NCBI GenBank assembly: GCA_951406725.2
Contig: OX597815.1
Location: 113,584,001 to 113,648,000 of the forward strand
Reading direction: 5' to 3'
From: Octopus vulgaris
Lineage: Eukaryota
DNA length: 64,000 nucleotides
Shown in pieces: positions 26,790 to 40,059 of the stretch. Made by a program: the position numbers and the translations under genes. The notes beneath the pieces are model-generated. The model did no database searches and had not been told where the DNA came from. It saw only the letters and a list, made by a program, of their open reading frames with translations. The first letter of the stretch is position 1. Each line of letters starts with the position of its first letter.

Positions 26790-27160
26790 CCATTTAATGT
26801 CTGTTTTCCATGCTGGCATGGGTTGGATGGCTTGACCGGAAACTTGTAAGCTGGGGAGCTGCACCAGGTTTCAATCTGATTTGGCATGGTTTCTACTGCT
26901 GGATGCCCTTCCTAACACCAACCACTCGAAGAGTATGGCGGGTGATTTTTACATACTGCCAGCATGGGTGCCAGTTATGTAACACCAGCATCAACCACAA
27001 CTAAAATCTCACTTGGCTTGACAGGTCTTCTCAAGCACGATAAATCACTAAAGGTTTCAGTCACTTGTCATTGCCTTTGTGAGGCCCAACGTTCGAAGAG
27101 TTCTTTTTACGTGTCACTTGCACAGGTGCCAGTTATGTGACACTGGCATCAGACACAACT
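26740..27160 (-). mobile_element. RTE 3' end with (ATC)n tail
   Basis: Common tail plus RT C-terminal sequence. Confidence 0.8.
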
Positions 27161-27559
27161 ATATATATATATTTATTTGTATTGCTTTTACGTCCAGTTC
27201 TTGTCACTTTTTTTCTTTCCTTTTTTTGCCCCTCTGCAAAAGAATTTTATTTAATTCATTTTGCAGGAAGGACTGCTTCGGCCAAGATCGTGTTCTGCCC
27301 TTACCTTTGAAACACGCATTGAGTCGAACCAGGGGCAGCTGATGAAGGGGAATATTCCTTGTATTGTTTGTCTTGTACCCTGTTTTTTTCGTTGTTAAAA
27401 AAAGTCTGTTTCCTTGTTTGTTTTTATGTTTTCATTTCTCGTTGTGTTCTACGTTTATTTGTGGTGTCCTGTACTCATATATGCATTTATATATACATAT
27501 AGATGTAGGTATGTACATATATGTATGTATGTATGCATATGTTTTATTTGTTAAATTGT

Positions 27560-27656
<97 letters not shown>

Positions 27657-28360
27657 AGTATTGGGGTTGATTCATTTGACTAAAATTTAAAGGCAGTACC
27701 CCAGCATGGTGCCCCAGCATGGTGCCCCAGCATGGTGCCCCAGCATGGCATGACCACAGCATGGCTTAACAGCAGTATGGCATGGCTGCAGTCAAATGAC
27801 TGAAACACGTAAAATATATACTTATATATATAAACATTTATAATATATAAATATATATATATTTGGTAAATGAGAGATGGAAGATGGAAGATATGAGAAT
27901 TTTTATTTATCACTACAATTGTTTTGACCCATCTAGAATTGATCCCTCATGGGTGGGATACTTAAAAACTGGTTCAAGAGCATCTGACATTGCAGATGTG
28001 CCATTTTGAGTTATAAATAGATAAAACTCATTAAAATAACAGTTCCACAATGTATCTTCTCAGTTTGTGTAAAGAAAGGCAAGAAATTAAAGGATATAGA
28101 TTCATTTATATAGAAGATCAATAATAGAATAACAGCTGCAAAAAAGAAATGAACATGCAATACAGCGAAAAATGTATTAAATATAACCTTTAACAGATAT
28201 GGATGTGTAAACACCCTCAAGTAGGTTGTATGACACATGTACACTTGCTCATACAAGCATCCATGAAGATGTAAGCTTACACACACACACATGTGGTTAG
28301 GCGCACATAGGTTCACATGGCAAATTAAATAGCTACTTGGTATTTATAAAAATGGGGAGG

Positions 28361-28673
28361 TTAGAGCTCTCGAAAGAGCTGTTCTTCACTCCTGCTCCAG
28401 AGCGTCGGCTGCGGGGTCATTCTGAAAAGCTCTATCTGTGACGATTTCATCTCAATCGAAGGAGAGGGGCTTTCTCCGTCCGGGTTGCGGATCCGTGGAA
28501 TAAGCTGCTGGACGAGATGGTGAAGATGCCGACGAGCACTCGGTTCAAAGTCTCCCTTGACCACAAGTGGCCTGAACTCTTTACACGAACACCACCCTGT
28601 ACATAACTCCATGTCCCCCTACATGGCCTTGCTTTTTGCTTTTTGAGCCAAAAAAATTAACTAACTAACTAAC
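28361..28673 (+). mobile_element. 5'-truncated CR1-clade LINE with (TAAC)n tail
   Basis: ELFFTPAPERRLRGHSEKLYL*RFHLNRRRGAFSVRVADPWNKL..FKVSLD is the RGH..FSxRV..WNxL..FK..LD CR1 terminus; CpG-rich; ends taactaactaactaac. Confidence 0.85.
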
Positions 28674-28739
28674 ATCCATACCTTAAGGTGAATTACATTA
28701 ACAGTTACTCAAATTCATTCCCACTGTATCATGTGAAAG

Positions 28740-29560
28740 TGCATTTATATGCATGCAAGCATCTTGAGAGTCTTTCAGAAATTCTCTTAATGATCTTCTC
28801 ATTGGTCTGCAGAATAGTCAGGGATTCCTCAGAACAAAGACAACATCTCCTGGAAATGGTATTATATGGCTTTGCATGCATTTACTATGGACCAGATTAT
28901 ATTATGCTTAATTCTATCTTCCTTAAGTTCCCTCACAAAATCAACCAAAGATGTTAAATGTCTCTTATTGATTTTCTTGAAGCTGGCGACATGGTTGTGG
29001 CAACAATTCTTGAGTGAATCAGCTGTTGCCCCAATGTAAACATACAACCCTTCCCATGTCTGAATGGTATATTTATATACAAGATTTGTAGTCATAGAGA
29101 GGTTCATCAATGGGCATTTTGATTTTTTTTCTGTATGAGCATTTATAATATTTATTTGTTTATATGGCAGTTCTGATTTTATTTTCCAAAGTTGTTACCA
29201 TGTTAGCTATATCACAATCATTTCTACTATCACGGTTTGGCCATATCTCATGTTTTTCATTGTGGTTTACACCTCCTGTCTTGTTATTTTGATGTATATG
29301 TTTACTGGTTCCAGTAGGTGAGTTTTGAATTGTTGTTTCATTTTACTAAAGTTAATGCAGTGCATATGCTGCTCTAAATTAATAAAGTTAGTGTAAGATA
29401 CCTTCATGGTGTGTCTATTAAAAATAGCATGGTATCTATTTGATTTAGGGAAACATTTGTCTAAAGCAGCAAAATATTTCCTAGCGATCTTCATTGAAAT
29501 GCTTCAGCCAAAGATTTGGTTGTACCAGAGGACATCATGATTCCAATATTTGTTCTAGTG
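28740..29560 (-). mobile_element. Penelope-like element relic (linker plus GIY-YIG endonuclease)
   Basis: DVLWYN..LDKCFPKSNRYHAIFNRHTMKVSY, then NLVYKYTI..YVYIGAT..HNHVASFKK..TSL..IIWSIV..KPYNTISRRCCLC; broken frames. Confidence 0.85.
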
Positions 29561-30577
29561 TATTGTACACGTTTGGGACAATTTATTGAGTTATGAGCAG
29601 TAGAATTATTGTGTTGTGTGTGTCTATAAGTTTTGGTTAGTAATCAATTCTTCCTGGCCTGTATTCACCACAAGAGCTTGCCTAAAAGCTGCCTAATAGA
29701 GCAGCTTTTAACCTAGTATATATATACACACACACACACATATATATATACATATACACACACACACACACACATATATGTATGTATATGTGTATATATG
29801 CATACACACACACATATATGCATATATATGCATGCACACATGTGCATGTGTATATGTATATATTTGTGCATATTTGCACCTGTATATGTATGTGTGTATA
29901 TGTGCTTATATGTATGTACTTATTTAAGCTTGTAGGTACATATGCTTGTTATAAAATAAAGTAAATTTCAAAAGCTTTTAATTCTTAGAGAGTGACATCT
30001 TTTTCTTGTCTCTTTTTCCTTCTCCCGATTCCTACAAATGTATGTAAGAAAATATATTTTTCTACTTGTTTCTTTCTTTTTTTCTTCTTAGCTCTCTTTC
30101 TTTCCTAGATACAAATAGATAACTACTTCATAGTATTACAATAGTTTGATCAAGCTATTAAGGACAGGAGGTGTTGTGATCCACCTTAGTAAGCACATAT
30201 ACTATGCTGCAGAACATTGTCATTTCTCATCTCTTCTCACCTTCTGCATGCAATGCTGAACATGAGAATAATACATAAATGTGTAAAGTACCATTTCTTG
30301 GAGCATTTATGATTGCAATAAATTGTTCACAATCTGTGGAAATCTACAGGTGGAGCTATTAGTTGCTAGTATATGCCAGAATAATAATAATAAATGCTTT
30401 GAATTTTTTTTTATTTTAAGGTGTTTTTTTTTTTTGTAATTTATTTTTTCTTTCATTATGATGCTTCCTTTTATCTCCTAAAAGTTCAATAGATAGAAAA
30501 ATTTATTTTGATAAATAATATGTAATAGAATTATTAAATGTTAATCACCAGAGATCATTTTCAAATATTACATAAGT

Positions 30578-30650
30578 ATCATCATCATTGTCATAATTGT
30601 CATCATTGCTGTCGTCATCATTATCATCATCATCGTCATCATCACCATTG

Positions 30651-30695
<45 letters not shown>

Positions 30696-30771
30696 CCATC
30701 ATCATCATCACCATCATCATCACCATCATCATCATCACCATCGTCATCATCATCATCATCATCATCATTAT

Positions 30772-30816
<45 letters not shown>

Positions 30817-30829
30817 AATCATCATCAGC

Positions 30830-30860
<31 letters not shown>
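30578..30860. repeat. Long (CAT)n/(CAG)n microsatellite
   Basis: Direct reading; source of the poly-His, poly-Asp and poly-Met ORFs. Confidence 0.95.
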
Positions 30861-31529
30861 CCAGCAGTGGCAGCAGTAGCCGTAACATCAATCATCATCA
30901 TTGTCTTTGTTGTTGTTGTTGATGATGTCATCACTGTTATTACCTCTGTCGTCCTCTGTCTCCTCATCCTGCTCCTCTTTGAACAGGATTATTCAACATT
31001 CATTAATATATAAGGGAATTTTTTTGACATAAATGAAATATTTACAGACAATGAATGCTACCTTAAAGAATGCTGCTACATTTTCTTTCCATTTTTCCAG
31101 ATATTGTGTCACAGATTCTGACACTGATTTTGTTTTATTTGACTTAAATATGACATGAACTGCTTTGTTTCTATTTCTTTTCATTTAAGCTTCCTCGTTA
31201 TAATTTACTTATCTATAAACTTAATCCATCACCAGCTTTAATGATACCATCTAGCCCTTGGGTATTTATAGCTAATCACATTCTGTGGCAATCACTTGAG
31301 TCTTGTTGCAATGTCACTGGTGCCAAGCTGTATCAGCCTCTGCCTTTCCCTTGGATAACATCAATGGTATGGAGAGGGGAGGCTGGCATGCATAGTCTTC
31401 CATAAACAACTTTGCTCAGACTTGTGCCTCAGAGGGGAACTTTTTAGATGCATCTCATGGTCATTCATGACTGAAGGAGGTCTATGGAAGGCAGACATTA
31501 AACGATAATGGTGATGATTATTTATATAT

Positions 31530-32700
31530 ATCATCATCTTTTAACATCCATTGTTCATGCTGGCATGGGTTGGACGGTTTGATCAGGATTGGTAAGCTAA
31601 GGAGCTGCACCAGACTCCAGCCTGATTTGGCATGGTTTCTATGGCTGGATGCCCTTCCTAATGCCAACCAGTGGGTTCTTTTATGTGCCACTTGTGTGAC
31701 ACCAGTATCTGCCATGACAACGATTTCCCTTGGCTTGATGGGTCTTCTTCTCAAGCACAGCATATTGCCAAAGGTCTTGGTAATTTGTCATTGACTACAT
31801 GCGGCCCAATGCAAAAGAAGGTGCTTTTTATGTGCCTCTGGCACAGGTGTCAGTTATGCAACATTGGCATTGGCCACATTGCCACCATGAAGCTCAACAC
31901 TCGAAAGGTTCTTTTTATGTGCCACTGGCACAGATACCAGTTATGTGACCCCATCATTGGCTGCATTGCCTCTATGAGGCCAATTGCTTGATAAGTACTT
32001 TTTACATGCCACCAGTATGTGACATTGACTTCAGGTACGACTATGATTTCACTTAGTTTGACAAGTCTTTTCAAGCACTGCATATCACCAAAGGTCTTGG
32101 TCACTTGTCTGTGAGGCCCAAATTTCGAAGATCATGCTTCACCACCTCATCCCATGTCTTCCTGGGTCTACCTCTTCCACAGTTAAAGACTGGCACTGCT
32201 TTACACAGCAGTCCTCATCCATGACTATACCAGTGCAGTTGTCACTCTTGCACACCACATCTGAAGCCTCTCGTGCCCAACTTTTCTCTAAACACACTTA
32301 CACTTTGTTGTACATGCAGACTGACATTGCACATCCAGCAGAATATGCTAGATTCATTTCTTTCAAGCCTACACAGGTCCTTGGTGGTCACAGCCCATGT
32401 TTCACTGCTGTGTAGCATAGTTGTTCACACACAGGCATCATACAATCTGCCTTTCACTCTGGGGGAGAGGCTCTTTGATGCCAACAGAGGTAGGAGCTCT
32501 CTGAACCTTGCCCAGCCTATTCTTATTCTTACAGCTTTGCTCTCAGAGCATCCACCGCTGCTACTGACTTGATCACCTAGATAACAAGAAGCTATCAACT
32601 ACATCTAGCTTACGGCCCTGGCATTTGACAGAGTCTATTTTCTGTACATTTTCAGTGTTTATTGTACCTGTGTATCTTCCACACACAAAGCCTTTTTTCT
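31530..32700 (-). mobile_element. 5'-truncated RTE LINE with internal repeat array
   Basis: RT C-terminal relics (LDVVDSF..LERNESSIFCWMCNVS..REKLG..GRPRKTWDEVVKHDL), array at 31670-32020 and common tail. Confidence 0.85.
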
Positions 32701-32833
32701 AGTTAACTATCCTCTGATATTGCTGCACACACACACACAAACAACACATATACATATGTGTGAGTGTGAAACTCAGGGTAACAATTTTTGTGATGTTTTT
32801 GCAGATTTATTAATAAATATGTATGTATATGTA

Positions 32834-32926
<93 letters not shown>

Positions 32927-33347
32927 ATGCTAGCATGGAAAGTGGACGTTAAACGATGATGATGATATATATATATATATATTTAAATAATAAGGGTGAA
33001 AAATTGAATATTAATTTGATTAATATCAATTTAAAACCAGTGGCTTAACATATTGAAAAATCTGAAGATTCAGAAAAATTATATTACATACATATAAAAG
33101 GGATGACCACTAAATGGACATCTATTATGCTAGAGGTAGACCCCATATGGTCTGACCACTAAGAAAAGATTGTTATATATGTTGTATCTTTTCGTTTGTC
33201 TTGCTCGCTTAAGTTCTGCCATTTGCTGAATTTTCTTGAGAACAATCTTTACTTAGTGGTCAGACCATATGAGGTCTACAGTGGTCAGACCATATGGGGT
33301 CTACCTCTAGTATAATGGATGTTCACTTAGTGATCATCCCTCTTATA

Positions 33348-33396
<49 letters not shown>

Positions 33397-33434
33397 AAAG
33401 AGATGACAAAAGAATAACCAACTATCTTATGATG

Positions 33435-33768
33435 TGGCCTCACAGAGGCAATGACAAATGACCAAGACCTTTGGCAATATGCTGTGCTTGAGAAGAAAAC
33501 CCATCAAGCCAAGTGAAATCGTAGTTGTGACAGACACTAGAGTCATGAAACTGGCACCCATACCAGTGGCACACAAAAACACCCACTACACTCTTGGAGT
33601 GGTTGGCGTTATGAAGGGCATCCAGCCGTAAAAACCGTATCAAATCAAATTGGTGTCTGATGCAGCCCCTCAGTTTACTAGCCCTGGTCAAACCATCCAA
33701 TCCATGGCAGCATGGACAACAGATGTTAAATGTTAATGATGATGATGAAGATGATGATGATGATGATG
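33435..33768 (+). mobile_element. RTE 3' end with (TGA)n tail
   Basis: GLTEAMTNDQDLWQYAVLEK plus common tail. Confidence 0.85.
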
Positions 33769-33773
33769 TTTGA

Positions 33774-33854
33774 GGCTCTGATGAAACTATAAGGTGTTAT
33801 TCAGATACTCAACTATTACTCCACTGCATCTTATGGTGGAAACAGTTGTAAGCT
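33774..33854 (+). ncRNA. Minimal type-I hammerhead ribozyme motif (Penelope pLTR-like)
   Basis: GGCT-CTGATGA-A-[ACTATAAGGTGT/GCATCTTATGGT stem]-G-GAAA-C-AGTT-GTA-AGCT; all core nucleotides are present. Confidence 0.75.
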
Positions 33855-35399
33855 ATTGCAATTCATGAGATAATTGACTATTCCTTTGTCATCTCTTTTC
33901 TTATTACTGCTCTGTACTCAACTAATGCTTTGCTCAAAAGCATACACATATTGAGTTCTATACCAGGTTATTAGTATTGTAATGCCTACGTGATATGTGT
34001 GTGTGTGCACGCACATGCCATATTAATTGTGCCTGAAGATTTAGTTAAGGTAAAAAAAAATCAAGTGTATATTCAACCACTGATAATATAACTTAGAAAA
34101 CAGGTAGTTTTTGCATTTGTCTGTGTGTTATACATAGTCTTGTCAAACATAGTGATATGAATTCAGGTAATAAATATCTGTGAATATAGTTCCATTAATT
34201 AAACAACTAGCATTCTTATTGGCAAATCCAGTGGAACATCCATTCACTTTATAGTCTTCTTTCTAATATTTTTCATATTATATGGACATAGCTGTGAGGT
34301 TCTAAAATTCTCTTCAAAAATATGTGGTTCCAGGTTTTGTTCCACTGCAAAGCACCATGGACACATATCTTTTACTATAGTGTAGCAGCTCTCTGCTACA
34401 ACTTGAACTGTCACTTGGAATTCCAATTTAGAATCAAGCCTAATTATGACTTGTTCTTTGAGAGAAAGGAACAACCAGGTAAATATTTACCAGCCTATCA
34501 GCATTGGCTGGCATGCATCAATTCACAGAGGTGAACATTGAAGTAAAGTTATGTAAGCTTCTTTCAAATCATATTTTGAAGGTTCTAGAAAGCCTTGCCC
34601 AGTGTTATAAAAGCTGGGAATTTGAACCCCAGCATCTAAGCCAATCAAATTCTACATGGAACCTTGTCACTTTGTTCTGCAGGATGTGTTATCATTACCA
34701 CCACCACCACCACCACCACCACTATCATTATCATCTAATGTCAACTTTTTGATGCCTGTCTGGGTTGGACAAAATTTACTGAAGCAGATTTTTTTATGAC
34801 TATATGCCCTTGCTGTTGCTAACCCTTACCTGTTTCTAAGGAAGGTAATATTTCTCCATCACCAAACATTTTTCACATAAGACTGGAAACAAACAAACAA
34901 CATCACTTATATGATGGTGATGCTTGTTTACTTGTCCTAATACAACGTATGCTGAAAATACATATTCAACAAAAGTAAATTATCCTCATGTTTTGATGTG
35001 AATATACGTCATTCCATCTAATTATCTACTCTAATTTCTTTTATTTCTATAATAATAAAGAGTACATGTAACATCACAGATTTAAGTTGTATGTTTTCTT
35101 TATCTTTCAAATTTAGTAACTTCAGATATTATACAAATACAGCTCTTTAGTTACATCCTTAACAGTTAAATTATAAGTGTTTGAAAACAAATATATATTT
35201 GTTTGGTCGTTCTTGTCTACAAACACAGCCTCTTCCCTGATTATCATTGACATAATGATGATCTCCACAATAACCTTGAGCTAAACAATGCCTTGAAAGA
35301 GAAATAGACAGACAGAAACTGAGAAGAAGCCTTTTGTACACACACACACACACACACACACGTATTTATGTGTGGTATACAAGCATGTTTATAGGTAGT

Positions 35400-35748
35400 G
35401 GGTAGCGATTTTCTTCACTACTTCAGTGAGTGATGACCCTGCCTGACATGAGTCCCAGGCTCAGCTGGCTCCGGCTGACAGTATCCAGTATAGGCCCCTA
35501 TCCAGGGTTACAGAAAGGAGACAACCTTCAAAGAAATCCGGAGTGGAGCCCCATAGGCAGTTTAGTGTTCGACTCAACACTCTTCTGGCAGCTCCTGCAA
35601 CCAATCTGGTGCCAAACGTAATGCTCTGCACTCATTTGGACTACGTCAGCAAGGTCGAGAGAGGAATCCTGACGATTGGGCTACCCAGGATTTCCTTACA
35701 TCTAGCCCAGGCCTGTGCAAAACTGGAGAGGAAACCGGAGAGGACATG
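35400..35748 (+). mobile_element. GC-rich RTE/BovB-group 5'-UTR-like fragment
   Basis: ctggtgccaaacgtaatgctctgc..tttggac..gtcgagagagg..tgggctacccagga resembles, from memory, 5' UTRs of BovB/AviRTE-like elements; no ORF follows. Confidence 0.45.
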
Positions 35749-36873
35749 AAATATAAAAACCAGACTGGATTAGTTTATGCACAACTCCATTGTCTCCCAA
35801 CACAAAAGGATGCCAACAACAACAACAACAAACATGCATGTTTCTGAGTGTCATTTCCATGAGATTTTCATTAATCATTACCTGAATAAAAATGGTGTCT
35901 TCGTTTCTTTTCTCTAAGCAAATGCTCCATAGTTTCAATGTATGAGGATCAGTAGAAAGAGACTTTCAACAAATTTCATATAACTTATTCCCGGATGAGA
36001 AAAAAAAAATTTAATAAAAAAAGAAAACCAATGTAAAAATGATGATGGTGGTGGCAGTGGTGGTGGTGATAATGATTACAATGATGATGAGGGATATAAC
36101 TGTGATGGTGGTGGTAGTGGTGGTGATATTGATGATGATGATGATAACCCTCATCATCATCATTATCATATTGATGATGATGATGGTGATGACAAAATGA
36201 TCTGAAAAACTAGTTGATGGCATTTTTTCCCCCTCCTTAAGTGTACAATTTTCTTTTACATATGGGAAAGAATCAAACTCATTCTAATTGCTGTGGGAAT
36301 GAACTGGGGGAATGAATTAAGTGGTTTATGTAATCGGTAATTGGAATTTTGAAAAGACATGCATGTTGCATGACAGTTTGCTAGTGTTATTGTCAACATA
36401 CAATTTTATTTCAGCTGTTTTTCAACAAAATCTTTGTTAACTGATGTTACAATGAATCTATTATTCTTCAGATCTCTACATTGTAATAGCTAAGCAATTT
36501 CTCACTTCTTGGTGTGAATTCACATGTAAACTTAAGTGGTAATTCCTTGCCCAGTTGAGAAGTAATGTGTTTGAAACTATCATTGTCAATGTTTCATCAT
36601 AATTTTAATAATGTCTGCTTTATCATGCTTGCATGGGTCGGATGGAATTTCTCAAGGCAGATTTTCTATGGCCAGATGCCTTTCCTGTCACCAACTCCCA
36701 TCTGTTTCCAAGTAAGATAATATTTTCCCATGACCAGATATGTTTTCACAGAATATTAGAAATGAATGACACCACTTGTATTGCAGTGACACTTGTTTAC
36801 AATTATCATTGTGATGTCAAGGTACGGAGGCAGAAATACATGCACACACTCTCTCTCTTACACACACACACAC

Positions 36874-36935
<62 letters not shown>

Positions 36936-37609
36936 GTGTGTATTTGTGTGTGTGTATATATATATATATACATACATACACACATACACACACACAATGG
37001 GCTTCTTTAAGTTTCCTTCTACCAAATCTACTCAACACTTGTCCAAGGTGTCACATGGTAGGATTGAACTCAGAACCATGTGGCTGGAAACCAAACTTCT
37101 TACTGCAGTTATGCCTGCGCCTATTGAATAAATCTAATTCCTCAATATTGCTGAAACAGTGTGCACCATACTTCTCTGTAAGATTTTATTTTTTTTTTTG
37201 TTTTGGAGTAACCCACATCCTGAAGTTATTTTTCACTTTATTTTAAGAATACCTTTGTACTCTCTTATTTTATTATTAAAATAATTATCTTCACATTTAT
37301 CAATCTGCTTTGTACATCAATTCTTTTTTTTATTCTTATACATCTGTAATGACATCATTTAGATGAGAAGTTGAAGGTAATGATGAAGTTTGAATGATGA
37401 TGATAATGCAGCCGAGAAATGAATGAGTGAAGAACAATTAATTATGAAGATGGCCTTTTATTTAGTTGATTATAATTTTGTTATAATATAAAATAAAAAT
37501 AATGTCATTGCACCGTTTGTGTATACACATGACATTAATTTGTTGCAGTAAAATACTTTCTGTTTCCATAAATTCTTCGCATATGGGAACTAGCATCATT
37601 GTCTAGTGC

Positions 37610-37667
<58 letters not shown>

Positions 37668-38461
37668 GAGAGAGAGAGAGAGAGATTTGTATTTTCAAAC
37701 AGAGAATATCAGCAGTGTGCTGTCCCTTTCTTCTCCATTTGATACTGGAATGCTTATTGATCAAAGGTAGTGACCAAAAAAGGGTGACCAACCCTTATGC
37801 TGGATATTTATAAAGTTTGACAACTAAAGTAGGTCAACCTAAAATAAAGGATTGATCTTTCCATGACCAGAGGTCTCAAAGGTCAACTCATCCTCATTAA
37901 TTTTCAAGTGCAGGCCTCAGATATTAACTCATCCTCATTAATTTCCAAGTGCAAGGAGGAGAAAACAAACAATAAAAATGTGGGTTCAGTTTCAAAGCTG
38001 CTGTAGCTGGTCCCGGATCTAGTTCATTTTTTCATCCACAAAATACACATTTTTTAAAAGACAGTAAAATATCTGAAAATTGGGTATAATAATATAGCTT
38101 TCCAGTCTAATTGCTATGAAGGTGTGATGTGGAGAAAAAAATTGGTGGAAAAAGTTACAGAGGTTTAAGAATTGGAAAAACTGTATTTTTAGCCAATAGT
38201 GAGACAGAAATTTTCTGTGTTTAGCAGAGCAATGTCAACTTTAAGGTTGTACCCAGTGAAATTTATAGTTTAGTGTCTGTTAAATGACCTCTTCATTGTA
38301 GGTAGGTTTCTAAATAAACAGAAATACTTAATTTTTATTGTAAGTTTCTAAATAAACAGAAATATCTAATAAAATCAACATGTATCATTGTACTGTTTCG
38401 TCTGTCTCTTCATTGATTGTATGCTTTTATTATTTTTTTATTTGTTATATTAATATATTTG

Positions 38462-38525
<64 letters not shown>

Positions 38526-38949
38526 TGTGTATATGTGTGTGTGTGTATGAGTGTGTGTGTGTCTATCTCCAAAACAATTCAAAGTTGAGTAACATTTTCA
38601 TGCTTGGATTTGTAAACTACGATAAGAATAACACTGGTTAACAAAGAATTTGTCCCAAGAAAAAGAATACCTGTATCTTGTATCCTTTTGCATGCAGAAT
38701 TAAAAAATAATGACAAATTATCTGTACTAAGTTCACATATTCCATTCACCTTCATAATGCCGAGAAACTGTATAAACATCGCAAACAACTTTTGCTATAT
38801 ATGAAAAAAATGTAAACTATTAAGACAATTGAAGAAAAATATCTATAATAAATTTCTAATTGATAAATATCACAAAACACACGAGTGAAGTAAATCTCGT
38901 GGTGTAAAGAATCAACACAACATGCGGGTGAAACCCAACACAACGTGCA

Positions 38950-38963
38950 GTTGTCATGGTAAC
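38950..38963. promoter_or_regulatory. RFX X-box
   Basis: GTTGTCATGGTAAC fits GTTRYCATGGYAAC and lies in an apparently unique, locally CpG-enriched segment (38875-38985). Confidence 0.55.
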
Positions 38964-40059
38964 AAGCTGTTAATGAGTCGCTGTCTGTTGGTTGGCTAAA
39001 ATTACCTAAATTTCCCAACTTTAATTCCAAATAACATCAGATTCTTTAATTTACAAGATAAAGTAATTTGTTGATTGTTATGAAAATTCAGAGTTGCATC
39101 AATACACCAAAACTGAAAGCAATCTGAGCAAAATTAAACGGGGTCTCATTTTGCGAATGAAAAACACTAGATCCTTGGTCCTTAAACATTTAAATTGTCA
39201 TGTCTTTTTTTACTTTTACCTTTTACTTGTTTTAGTCATTGGATTACAGCCATGCTGGGGCACCACCTTGGCAATTTTTGTAGAACAAATCAACCCTAAT
39301 ACTTAGTTTTACTTAAAGTCTGGAACTTATATTCTATTCATCTCTCTTTCTGAGCTACTAAGTTATGGTGACGTAAACAAACCAACACTGGTTTTCAAGT
39401 GTTGAGACAGACAAATTCAAAGACACTGAAGTAGTTAGATTTTCATAGAATTTTTTTCTTATCTGTACTTGTCAAGTGATTTGGTCTATATTGTTTTCAG
39501 AATGAAATGTCTACATTGTGAAAGAGTCATTCTATCTGCGTAATAACACATGAAACTGTTAAATTGACTTTTTATTTATTTCATGAAGTGTCAAAACATT
39601 CATTGTACATCAGTGACCTGGTCATTCACACAGTCCTACTGCAACTGTTTGAAAGTTTGTTAACAGCCAGTTCTTATAAGTCTTGTTTTTGTCTTCTTAT
39701 TTTCTTTTTTCTTTGCTTTTTTCTTCCTGTTGTGTTGAACTTAGGGACATATAGGATTGTTGTATTCATGTACATTGCTCTGACCTCATGAGAGGTCATC
39801 TTTCAATTATCATTAACTTTCAGTTTCTATTTTTGTTTTTTGCTTTTTCCATATTTGGTTCTTTTTACTAACAGAAGAATTCACTATTATCTGGGATTGA
39901 AAAAAAAAGAAAAAGAAATTTGAATATCCTGACACATTTTATTATGTTTATTGGATACATATATTTTTGCAGACGTTTATTTTACACTGGCTATTAGTAT
40001 TTTGTCATGACCATTTCCACACTGGTAGTGAGAGGCTCTTTCCACAATAGTAATAACTA

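Noticed and set aside
27335-27365. Hammerhead at CTGATGAAGGGGAATATTCCTT
   Set aside because: A helix II-like hairpin is present, but no GAAA follows.
27698-27785. Tandem ccagcatggtgcc units as a regulatory array
   Set aside because: Local slippage inside a SINE A tail.
28361-28612. 83-aa minus-strand ORF
   Set aside because: It is the antisense shadow of a plus-strand CR1 fragment.
30538-30967. Poly-His, poly-Asp and poly-Met ORFs (and other low-complexity ORFs in the track)
   Set aside because: These are translations of microsatellites.
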